64,000 nt of DNA. Source: Thermoplasmata archaeon (GTDB lineage Archaea > Thermoplasmatota > Thermoplasmata > Lutacidiplasmatales > UBA184). Below the pieces are notes generated by a model that ran no database searches, was not told the DNA's origin, and worked only from the letters and a program-made list of their open reading frames with translations. Made by a program: the position numbers and the translations under genes. Below are positions 1 through 7,547 of the stretch, piece after piece; position 1 is the first letter of the stretch, and each line of letters starts with the position of its first letter. The stretch is taken from the NCBI GenBank assembly GCA_030038605.1, contig JASHSU010000152.1, positions 285 through 64,284 of the forward strand. The letters run 5' to 3'.

Positions 1-349
1 ACTCCCAGAGCGCCTTCTCGTCGAGCGCGGGGGCGACGAACCCTCGGGTGATGAAGTCCCCGAGACTCTTCTGGATGACATCCAGCGGCCGCTGGACGCC
101 GTCGTAGATCGACTTCAGCAGCCCCGGGCCGAGTTCGACGGAGAGCGCCTGGCCGGTGTTCTCGATCGGGTCCCCCGGGCGGATGCCCGTAGTGTCCTCG
201 TAGACCTGGATGGTGGCGGCGCCTCCGACGAGCCGGATGACCTCGCCGACCAGGCCGAGCGTGCCGACCCGGCAGACGTCGAACATCTTGGCGCCCTCAA
301 GTCCGTCCGCGATGACGACCGGCCCCGACACCCGCCCGACCACTGCCAT
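1..349 (-). CDS. atpA: A/V-type ATP synthase subunit A, N-terminal part (runs off window start)
   Basis: Manual translation from ATG at 349: MAVVGRVSGPVVIADGLEGAKMFDVCRVG...IQVYEDTTGIRPGDP...LSVELGPGLLKSIYDGVQRPL; GGAGG RBS upstream. Confidence 0.95.
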   Translation of the reverse strand, partial: MAVVGRVSGPVVIADGLEGAKMFDVCRVGTLGLVGEVIRLVGGAATIQVYEDTTGIRPGDPIENTGQALSVELGPGLLKSIYDGVQRPLDVIQKSLGDFITRGFVAPALDEKALWE

Positions 350-369
350 GGAAAACCTCCGAATTTTCG

Positions 370-708
370 TTAGTTGGGAACTGCGAGACTGACGCCCAGT
401 ACGCGCTTTGCCAGCTGGTTGATGCTCTCGACCTCGAAGTCGCCGGTCGGCGTCGGCACGAACACCACCAGCGGACGGATCGAGGCGTCCGCGTGGAGAC
501 GGGCGGATTCGCTCAGGCGGGCGCGGATCGACTGGCTGGCGATCACGAGGTTGAACTCGCCCGATGCCATCACGCGTTCGAACTCGGCCACACTGTTGGT
601 CGGCCCGACCTCGACGACGTCGGTCAAGCCGATCAGGCGGAAGCCGATGGCGAGCTCCCGCTCCCCGAGGACGACGGTCCGACGGGGCTCCGCGGTCTTC
701 TCGGCCAT
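370..708 (-). CDS. atpF: A/V-type ATP synthase subunit F
   Basis: VVLGERELAIGFRLIGL N-terminal motif, 112 aa, directly upstream of subunit A. Confidence 0.9.
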   Translation of the reverse strand: MAEKTAEPRRTVVLGERELAIGFRLIGLTDVVEVGPTNSVAEFERVMASGEFNLVIASQSIRARLSESARLHADASIRPLVVFVPTPTGDFEVESINQLAKRVLGVSLAVPN

Positions 709-801
709 GAGCGTCCACGGCGGGGTCCCGGCCTATTTAACGGCTGCTCCGGGGAGAGATGCGGAGGTGCCCGGTCGGCGAGAAATCGCGTCTTCGCGAC
801 G

Positions 802-1080
802 CTACTCGTAGACCGAGAAGTGGACGTGGTTCTCGTCGTCCGTGATGAGGATGCACTCCCCCTCGCACGAGAACAGGCACGCCTCGCAGACGATGCACTC
901 GGGGCCGTTCACCGCGAGTGACTTCTCCCCGCGGAACTGGAACTTCGCCCCGACCTCCGGGTTATCGACGACGTCCGGGACCTGGTCCCGGGGCTTGAGT
1001 TCGAAGACCTGGGTCGGGCAGACGTCCTTGCAGTGCGAGCAGCCGGTGCACCGCGCGAGGTCGATGTCGACCTGGACCAT
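802..1080 (-). CDS. 2x[4Fe-4S] ferredoxin
   Basis: CTGCSHCKDVCP and CIVCEACLFSC motifs. Confidence 0.9.
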   Translation of the reverse strand: MVQVDIDLARCTGCSHCKDVCPTQVFELKPRDQVPDVVDNPEVGAKFQFRGEKSLAVNGPECIVCEACLFSCEGECILITDDENHVHFSVYE

Positions 1081-1128
1081 TCGGGAGGGTTCCGGCGCGG
1101 CGGCCTATTACGATTTTCCCGCGGGGAC

Positions 1129-1629
1129 CTACGCGGGCGGGGGGGGCGCCACGACCCGGCGTGACGCCCAGACCCCGACGATCGCGGTGACGAGGTAGGC
1201 GGCGAGCACGACGTCGTACAGGTACCGGATGTCGCCGCCGCTGTAGGTGATGCCGTAGAGATAGTCGGCGAACTGGGTGAGCGTGAAGGGGAACCCGAGC
1301 AACGAGTAGGTGAACACGATCGCCACGTCGGCGAGGAAGACGAGGAACGCGAACCCCGCCGCCCCAAGTCCGATCGCGCGTCCCAGGCGAGCGGACCCGC
1401 CGGTCCGCAGGCCGGCCCAGAGCACGGCCAGCGCGACCAGCAGCGTCAGGATACCCTGGGCGAGCAGGGCATACCAGTGGACGAAGTACTTCGGCACGGT
1501 CCCGAAGTCCGTCTGCAGATTCATGTCGGTGAACAGCATCACGACGACGAGGACGAAGTCCAGGAGCAGGAAGCCCGCCAGAATGGCGGTCCGCAATCGG
1601 CTGGCGCCCCACACGGTCGATGCACTCAT
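1129..1629 (-). CDS. Hypothetical integral membrane protein (about 4 TM helices)
   Basis: Hydrophobic stretches; likely start ATG 1629. Confidence 0.65.
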   Translation of the reverse strand: MSASTVWGASRLRTAILAGFLLLDFVLVVVMLFTDMNLQTDFGTVPKYFVHWYALLAQGILTLLVALAVLWAGLRTGGSARLGRAIGLGAAGFAFLVFLADVAIVFTYSLLGFPFTLTQFADYLYGITYSGGDIRYLYDVVLAAYLVTAIVGVWASRRVVAPPPPA

Positions 1630-1714
1630 GGTCCGACCATCGGAGACGGCGTATTTGGGCGCGGACCCGTCGAGCAACTGTTAAAAGGTGGGCCCCGTCT
1701 CGCGGGCTCCCTCG

Positions 1715-1927
1715 ATGCGGCCCCTCGACGTCCTGCAGCAGAGCCTGCACAAGCGCGTGCTGGTGGAGATGAAGGGCGGACGCTCGTACCGGGGCGTGCT
1801 GGACGCCTACGACCAGCACCTGAACCTCGTCCTGTCCGCCGCCGAGGAGGTCGTCAACGACCAGGTGACCCCCCGTGGGGGCGTCACCCTCTTGCGCGGC
1901 GACTCCATCGTCTACATCTCCCCCTAG
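1715..1927 (+). CDS. Sm-like (Lsm) RNA-binding protein
   Basis: MRPLDVLQQSLHKRVLV...GVLDAYDQHLNLVL...LLRGDSIVYISP (Sm1/Sm2 motifs); TTAAAA box about 30 nt upstream. Confidence 0.93.
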   Translation: MRPLDVLQQSLHKRVLVEMKGGRSYRGVLDAYDQHLNLVLSAAEEVVNDQVTPRGGVTLLRGDSIVYISP

Positions 1928-1939
1928 GAAGGTCCGACC

Positions 1940-2101
1940 ATGGGAAAGGGAACTCCGGCCCGTCGTGGCGGCAAGATCGTCCACGTCATCTGCCGGCGGT
2001 GCGGCCGCCACTCGTACCACCGCCAGAAGGCGGTCTGCGCCTCCTGCGGATTCGGCGAGACGGCGCGCCGCCGCGGCTACAGCTGGGCCAAACTCCACTA
2101 G
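1940..2101 (+). CDS. rpl37e: 50S ribosomal protein L37e (53 aa, below ORF-track cutoff)
   Basis: Manual translation MGKGTPARRGGKIVHVICRRCGRHSYHRQKAVCASCGFGETARRRGYSWAKLH; conserved lsm-rpl37e pairing. Confidence 0.95.
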   Translation: MGKGTPARRGGKIVHVICRRCGRHSYHRQKAVCASCGFGETARRRGYSWAKLH

Positions 2102-2670
2102 CCGGCGGAGGGCCGGGGTCGGGAGACCCATCGATTCCCACGGACACTGAACCGCAGCGGCCGTTCGACCGCGCGGGAGATCCCCACGCGGGGCCCTCGT
2201 ACGACGCGCGGGGCCGGTACTCGGGGGTTCGCCGAGGTCAGCGACATGCGTCGGCCGACGGTCATGTCGGCGCCGTCGTCCGTCATCGTCAGGCCCAGGA
2301 ATCGACACAGGCGTCCGGGGCCGGACGGGTTACCCTCCGTCGGGCGGATAGGAGTGCCCGCCCGGAGGAGCACTGCCTCGCCCGGCCGCGTCACCAGATT
2401 CGCGCAGACGACCTGGTGGATGCGGAACATGTAGAGCGTGCCGGGCGGCCCGTACATCGAGCGATTCCGTCGCGTCGGGCCCCGGAAGGCGTGACTCGCG
2501 GGGTCGCCGGTGAGATACGCTTCCACCTCGACCAGACGCACCGACCGGGCGCCGTCGGGTCCGCGAACGGTCAGTCGTGCACCGAGCAGGTCCCGCGCGA
2601 CCCGGGTCGTCGGGCGGTCAAAAAACGCGCGACCCCAGCGACGGGCCGGTGCCTCAGACGAGTTCGCCAC
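2098..2670 (-). CDS. mpg: 3-methyladenine DNA glycosylase (MPG/AAG family)
   Basis: FFDRPTTRVARDLLG, VEVEAY..DPASHA, GPGRLC, GPRVGIS motifs; GTG start about 2670. Confidence 0.9.
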   Translation of the reverse strand: MANSSEAPARRWGRAFFDRPTTRVARDLLGARLTVRGPDGARSVRLVEVEAYLTGDPASHAFRGPTRRNRSMYGPPGTLYMFRIHQVVCANLVTRPGEAVLLRAGTPIRPTEGNPSGPGRLCRFLGLTMTDDGADMTVGRRMSLTSANPRVPAPRVVRGPRVGISRAVERPLRFSVRGNRWVSRPRPSAG

Positions 2671-3763
2671 GGTCCACGAGCGGCGTGCCGTCCACGGCCA
2701 CCGTCGCCTCCCCGAGGGTGATCCAGGAGAGGAACCGGCACGCGTTGGTCCCACCGTACGCCGTGTTCCCGCCGATGGCGAGCGTCACGGTCCCGGCCGG
2801 CGCGTCCTCCGCCTGGGGCAGCCCGGCCGGCACGGCGTGGTTGAGACCGATCCCGAGCAACCCGACGACCTCTCGGCCCCGGGGCGCGGCCGAGAACTCG
2901 CGCGCGAACCCGTCGCCACCGCTGGTGTACCAGAACTCGCGCAGCCGTCCCCGCTCGAGGTCCCACTGGCCGCCGTCGACCCGTCCGGAGGGAAGGAAGC
3001 TCGGTCGGTCGGCGATGGCGGTCCCTACCGCCGATCGCTCGTCCAGGGCCATGACGACGGTCCCGCCGGGTACGGTCAGCGCATGCCGTCGGGGATTCCG
3101 TCCCCGACGTTCGACCCGTCCGTGGTCGATCGTGGGCGGGCTCTTGCCGAGCCGCAGGGTGACGTCGGTTCCGTTCGGGGCCGTGACCCGGACCTCCCGG
3201 CCCCGAGTGAGCGAGCGCGCGACCGTGGCGCCGGTCGTGGCCATCGCCTCGGGGTCGGAGTCGACGACGGCGCGCACCATCTGACTGCGCCACAGCACGC
3301 CCGGCACCCGCCACCGCTCCCCCTGCGCGTCGGAGGCGTAGCCGAGCAGACACCGAACCCCGCGAACGTTCAGACGATGACAGAGCGTCATCCACGCATC
3401 GGACATCCCATGGAACGGGGCCTGCTGGGCGGCCGGCAGCCCGTGGAGGCGCGGCCGGTCCGCCGGACCGGCGAAGTAGACGAGGGCGTCCGCCTCGCGC
3501 AGCGCCGCCCGGACCCCGGTCGGGATCCCGGCCCACACCCGGGTCGCGGGCGCGACCTCGACCGACCGCCAGAAGGTCGCCTCATCCTCGAGCAGGAGGG
3601 TCGCTCGGCCCCCGAGACGTCGGGCCTCCGCGACGCAGGCCGAGGCCCACGGGAGCGTGTGCGTCCACGACGCGACGACCAGCTCCTCCCCCCGGGAGAA
3701 TCCGAGCGCCTCGTCCACCAGCGCGCGGCCCACGGCCGCCGGCGTCGGAGTCTCGGGCGCCAT
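2654..3763 (-). CDS. M29 aminopeptidase-like protein, probably catalytically inactive
   Basis: VRVTAPNGTDVTL, LLGIGLN, GTVTLAIGGN..YGG resemble the AmpS/M29 C-terminal domain, but the metal ligands appear substituted. Confidence 0.7.
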   Translation of the reverse strand: MAPETPTPAAVGRALVDEALGFSRGEELVVASWTHTLPWASACVAEARRLGGRATLLLEDEATFWRSVEVAPATRVWAGIPTGVRAALREADALVYFAGPADRPRLHGLPAAQQAPFHGMSDAWMTLCHRLNVRGVRCLLGYASDAQGERWRVPGVLWRSQMVRAVVDSDPEAMATTGATVARSLTRGREVRVTAPNGTDVTLRLGKSPPTIDHGRVERRGRNPRRHALTVPGGTVVMALDERSAVGTAIADRPSFLPSGRVDGGQWDLERGRLREFWYTSGGDGFAREFSAAPRGREVVGLLGIGLNHAVPAGLPQAEDAPAGTVTLAIGGNTAYGGTNACRFLSWITLGEATVAVDGTPLVDRGELV

Positions 3764-3811
3764 GCGCCGGCCCCAGCCGGCCCGGCGATTTATCGTCCGG
3801 GTGCCCCGGCC

Positions 3812-5053
3812 TCAGGGCGCGCGACCGGACCGGACCCGTGCCACGATCTCCGCCGCGGGCCGACCCGCCTCCAGCGCCCGGGCGACGTGAACGACGAGGT
3901 CGCCCGCGTTCCGGCGCGTCGGAGAAAACGGGCCCACCGGCCACCGCCGGGGGAACGCCGTCCACCCTCCGGACCGGCGGGCGGCCCGGCGCACCACGTC
4001 CCGCACTCGGCGGCCGGACGCGAAGTCGCTCAGATCCTTCCGGACGTCCGCCGTCATCCCTGCGTCCGTAGCGAAGGCGAGCAGCGACCGGAGCTTCTCC
4101 GGCCGGTGACGACGACGCCGAACGCCGGACCCGAGGACACCGTTGAAGTAGAGGAAGGGGCCGCCGAGTTCCATCGCCTCCAGGAGCGTGCGACTCCCCG
4201 TGACGATCCGTAGGGAGGCCCGACGGAAGCGGGCCTCCCACGCGGGGGACGCAAGCGAACCGACGATCAGGCGCCCCTGTTCGATCGGGAGTGGGACGGA
4301 CCAGGGTCGTGGGCTCACGACCGTCAGGTGCGGGATGGGATCGGCCGCCTGCAGCCCGGCGATCACTTCCAATAGCAAGCGCTCGGCGCTCGCAGGGCTC
4401 GCGTACCACAGCCACTCGGGTCGCCGGGGGCGATGGGGCGCCGGTCGCGAACGGTACCGTTCCGGCCAGAGCGGCCCGACCTGGACCGATGCGGGCCAGC
4501 TCCGGGCGAACCCTCGATCCGGCGCAAACGTGGCGAACACGTGGAGGACCCGCGGATGGTCGAACGCCCGAAACCGGCGGAACGCCTCGACGTAGGTCTC
4601 GGTCTCCTGACGCGTCCGGGCCTCCCGCACGGACCCGGCCAGCGCGCGGGACCGGATGCCTCCTTCCCGGAATCGCTCGCGTTGCTCGCGGCCCGGTGAC
4701 AGGGTCCGCGCGAACTCCTCGAGGCTCACGTGGAGGACGCGGTCGGGTCCGTACGCCGCCTCCAGGTCGGCGACTTCGGTCGACCAGGGACCCCCGCGGC
4801 CGTAGGGCCCGGGCCGGGAGGGAGCGCCGCTGAGACCCCACGCCGGGGTGACGGTGAGGGCGGAGCGACCGGCGCGCACCGGTCGATCCACGCGAGCCAA
4901 CGGGGGCCAGTCCCAGGGCCCGTCCACCGATTTCGGCAGCGGAGAGCCCGGGCGACGGTAGAGGGTGACCGGGAAACCGGCCCGCGCCAGGCGTCGGCCG
5001 GCCGCGAGCGTCTCCTCGATGTCGCCGAGCCCACCGCCGATCACCGCGGGCAT
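3812..5053 (-). CDS. GT-B fold glycosyltransferase-like protein
   Basis: N-terminal GGGLGDI loop and C-terminal RIVTGSRTLLEAMELGGPFL; start uncertain. Confidence 0.55.
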   Translation of the reverse strand: MPAVIGGGLGDIEETLAAGRRLARAGFPVTLYRRPGSPLPKSVDGPWDWPPLARVDRPVRAGRSALTVTPAWGLSGAPSRPGPYGRGGPWSTEVADLEAAYGPDRVLHVSLEEFARTLSPGREQRERFREGGIRSRALAGSVREARTRQETETYVEAFRRFRAFDHPRVLHVFATFAPDRGFARSWPASVQVGPLWPERYRSRPAPHRPRRPEWLWYASPASAERLLLEVIAGLQAADPIPHLTVVSPRPWSVPLPIEQGRLIVGSLASPAWEARFRRASLRIVTGSRTLLEAMELGGPFLYFNGVLGSGVRRRRHRPEKLRSLLAFATDAGMTADVRKDLSDFASGRRVRDVVRRAARRSGGWTAFPRRWPVGPFSPTRRNAGDLVVHVARALEAGRPAAEIVARVRSGRAP

Positions 5054-5090
5054 CAGGTAGACGTCGACGCCGCCGGCCCCCGGGCCGGGC

Positions 5091-6035
5091 TTACGCGACC
5101 GGCCGGTAGAGCGTCCAGAGCGCTTCGGCGGGATGGAATCCCTCCGGCTCGATCGCCGCACGGGTCCGGGTCTCGTAGACGGGCACGGAGACCACGACGC
5201 GGACGGCGCCCCGGGCCCCGCACCAGGCGCCCGCGACGCGGACCAACTCCCGTACGAGTGCCGGGTCGGCGTTCGGCCCGACGATCGGTCCGGCCACGTG
5301 GGCGGCGTCCATGCTCGGGTTCCGGGAGGCCCCGATGGCGGCCTCGACGCCATGGCCCCGGTCGACGACCCAGGCCGCACTCTCCGTCTCGAAGATCTTC
5401 TGGTCGAAGCCGTCGGGCGCGAGACCGGTCGTCCGGCGGGGCAGGACCTTCAGCACCTCGGCGGGAATCTCCGCCGTGGCCAGCGCGAGGAGCGGCTTCT
5501 CGTCCGACTTCCGATACGCCCGGATCCCGGCCGGCAAGGCCGTCCGCTCCGGCCCGAACTCGGCCAGGTGGTCGCGGGCGAAGTAGTGGACCTCGCGCAG
5601 CGGCACGTAGCCGAGACGGCCCTCGTAGAGCGTCCGCGCCGGGGTGTTCTCCGTGAGGACGTCGAGCACGAGGTACTGGCGACCCGCCCGCTGCGCGATC
5701 CGCCGGGTCTCCTCGAGGAGCGCGCGGGCAAACCCCCGTCGTCGGACGGACGGGTCGGTCGCCACGGAGCTGATGTACACCGAGCGGCCGGGGAACGAGA
5801 GCAGCGTCGTGCCGACGACCCGACCGCCCTCGTCCGCGATGAGGAAGCGGAAGACCGGTTTGCCCACCAGACGGAGCAACCCCAGCAGGATGCGCGTGTC
5901 CCACCGGTAGACCCGCTTCACCACTCGGAAGACGATCTCGGGTCGCATCCCGAGCAGGCGCTCCTCGGCGGGGAACTGCGAGGAAAGGAGGTGGGCGACA
6001 CCGGCGGTGTCGGCCGGTCGGAAGTTCCGGATCAT
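5091..6035 (-). CDS. GNAT-family acetyltransferase (tandem GNAT domains)
   Basis: VATDPSVRRRGFARALL acetyl-CoA motif; NTPARTLY..LGY. Confidence 0.85.
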   Translation of the reverse strand: MIRNFRPADTAGVAHLLSSQFPAEERLLGMRPEIVFRVVKRVYRWDTRILLGLLRLVGKPVFRFLIADEGGRVVGTTLLSFPGRSVYISSVATDPSVRRRGFARALLEETRRIAQRAGRQYLVLDVLTENTPARTLYEGRLGYVPLREVHYFARDHLAEFGPERTALPAGIRAYRKSDEKPLLALATAEIPAEVLKVLPRRTTGLAPDGFDQKIFETESAAWVVDRGHGVEAAIGASRNPSMDAAHVAGPIVGPNADPALVRELVRVAGAWCGARGAVRVVVSVPVYETRTRAAIEPEGFHPAEALWTLYRPVA

Positions 6036-7525
6036 CCGCCGTCGTCCTCGAAAGTCGTGGCGATGGCGCTCTCGAAGAGGGTGCGGAGGGTCGGTGCCGG
6101 TCGGTCCTCGACGAGCTCGGGCAGCGGCAGCCGGGCCAGTCGGTCGAGTTCCTCGTCGGGCAGCCGGGCCCGGGCGGCCAGCAGCGCGCTCTGGACGACC
6201 GGGTCATCGGCGCCGTGCGGCAGGCGGCCCAGCGCCTGCACGATCGCATCGAACAGACGGCTCTCCGCGTCGGAGCGGAGCAGGTCCTCCTCGTCGGTCG
6301 GTACCGGCGCGCTCTCGAGACACGGACCGGTGCGGAGCAGGCGCACGAGCTCTTCCCGGGCCCCGTCGTCCCCGAGGCGGCCGAGGGCCCAGACCGCGGC
6401 CAGACGGACCTCCGGCGCGGGGTCCGCGAGCTCCTCGCGGATGCGCGGTGCCGCCGCCTCGAGACCGAGTTGACCGAGCGCGTACGTCGCGCCGCGACGG
6501 GGCCACGGGTGCTCGTCTTCCAACCGGTCGAGCAGGCGCGTCAGGTCGTCGGGGCTGCCGACCGCACCCAGGGCGACCGCCGCCGCCCCGCGGACCGGCC
6601 AGGCGGGGTCGGCGAGTCGCTCCCGCGCGGTCGCCCGGGCGTCGTCACCGCCGAGCTCCCCGAGCGCGTGCACGGCGCAGACCCGCAGCCAGTGCTGCGG
6701 GGACCGGGAGGCGTCGACCAGCGGTGCCACCGCCGTCGGGTCTCCGATCCGTCCCAGCGCGACCATCACGGAGGGTTTCTCCCAGGTCTCGGGTTGCGCG
6801 AGGATCTCGAGGAGGCGCGGCACGGCCTCGTCGTCGTGGAGGCGTCCGCAGATGACCGCGGCCGCGGCCCGCACGCGGCGCGAGGGGTCGTGGAGCATCG
6901 CACGGACGAGTCCGCGGACCTCGGGACGGCCCGCCCGCCCCAGACCGAGGACCGCCTCGCGGCGCACGCGGTCGGACGGGTCCGCGAGCAACGGTCCCAA
7001 GCCCGCGTGCGCGGCCTCGGTGCCGATCCGGCCCAAGGTACGGGCCACGGCCAGTCGGACGCCCGCGTCCGGGTCGACGGCAGCCCGGGTGAGGGCCGGT
7101 ACCGAGTCCGAAGGCGCGGCGGCGCCGAGCGCGTCGGCCGTCTTGCGACGGACCTCGGGCTCCGGGTCGTCGAGCATAGCTTCGAGGGCCTGTCGCGTAT
7201 CGGGGCGGCCCGCCGGGCCGAGGGCCTCGGCGACGGCGGCGCGAACGGCCGGGTCCGGATCGCTCAGCGCGGCCGCGAGGGTGGTGGCGGCCCGGGGGTC
7301 GGCGAGCAGGCCGAGGGCGACCGCCGCCGTCTGCCGGATCCCCGCCACCGGGTCGCTCAGGGCGACCAGGAGCGGCGTCAGGTCGTCGACCCGGCCCCGT
7401 CGGGCGGTCGCGCGGAGTTCCGCGGCGCGCTCGGAGGGGCGCAGCTCGGTCGGCGGTGTCCGTCGGGCGGCGGGGCGTCGGGCCGGTCGTCGTTCCGGCG
7501 CCGGGCGGCGCGCTCGCTGGGCCAC
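6032..7525 (-). CDS. HEAT-repeat (PBS lyase-like) protein
   Basis: More than 10 copies of L.DP...VR.AAA.ALG; GTG start about 7525; 4-nt overlap with the GNAT gene. Confidence 0.85.
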   Translation of the reverse strand: MAQRARRPAPERRPARRPAARRTPPTELRPSERAAELRATARRGRVDDLTPLLVALSDPVAGIRQTAAVALGLLADPRAATTLAAALSDPDPAVRAAVAEALGPAGRPDTRQALEAMLDDPEPEVRRKTADALGAAAPSDSVPALTRAAVDPDAGVRLAVARTLGRIGTEAAHAGLGPLLADPSDRVRREAVLGLGRAGRPEVRGLVRAMLHDPSRRVRAAAAVICGRLHDDEAVPRLLEILAQPETWEKPSVMVALGRIGDPTAVAPLVDASRSPQHWLRVCAVHALGELGGDDARATARERLADPAWPVRGAAAVALGAVGSPDDLTRLLDRLEDEHPWPRRGATYALGQLGLEAAAPRIREELADPAPEVRLAAVWALGRLGDDGAREELVRLLRTGPCLESAPVPTDEEDLLRSDAESRLFDAIVQALGRLPHGADDPVVQSALLAARARLPDEELDRLARLPLPELVEDRPAPTLRTLFESAIATTFEDDGG

Positions 7526-7547
7526 GCCGGCTCCACGGCGGCTCGGG

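Noticed and set aside
1715-2101. lsm-rpl37e linkage
   Set aside because: A widely conserved archaeal gene pair; ordinary
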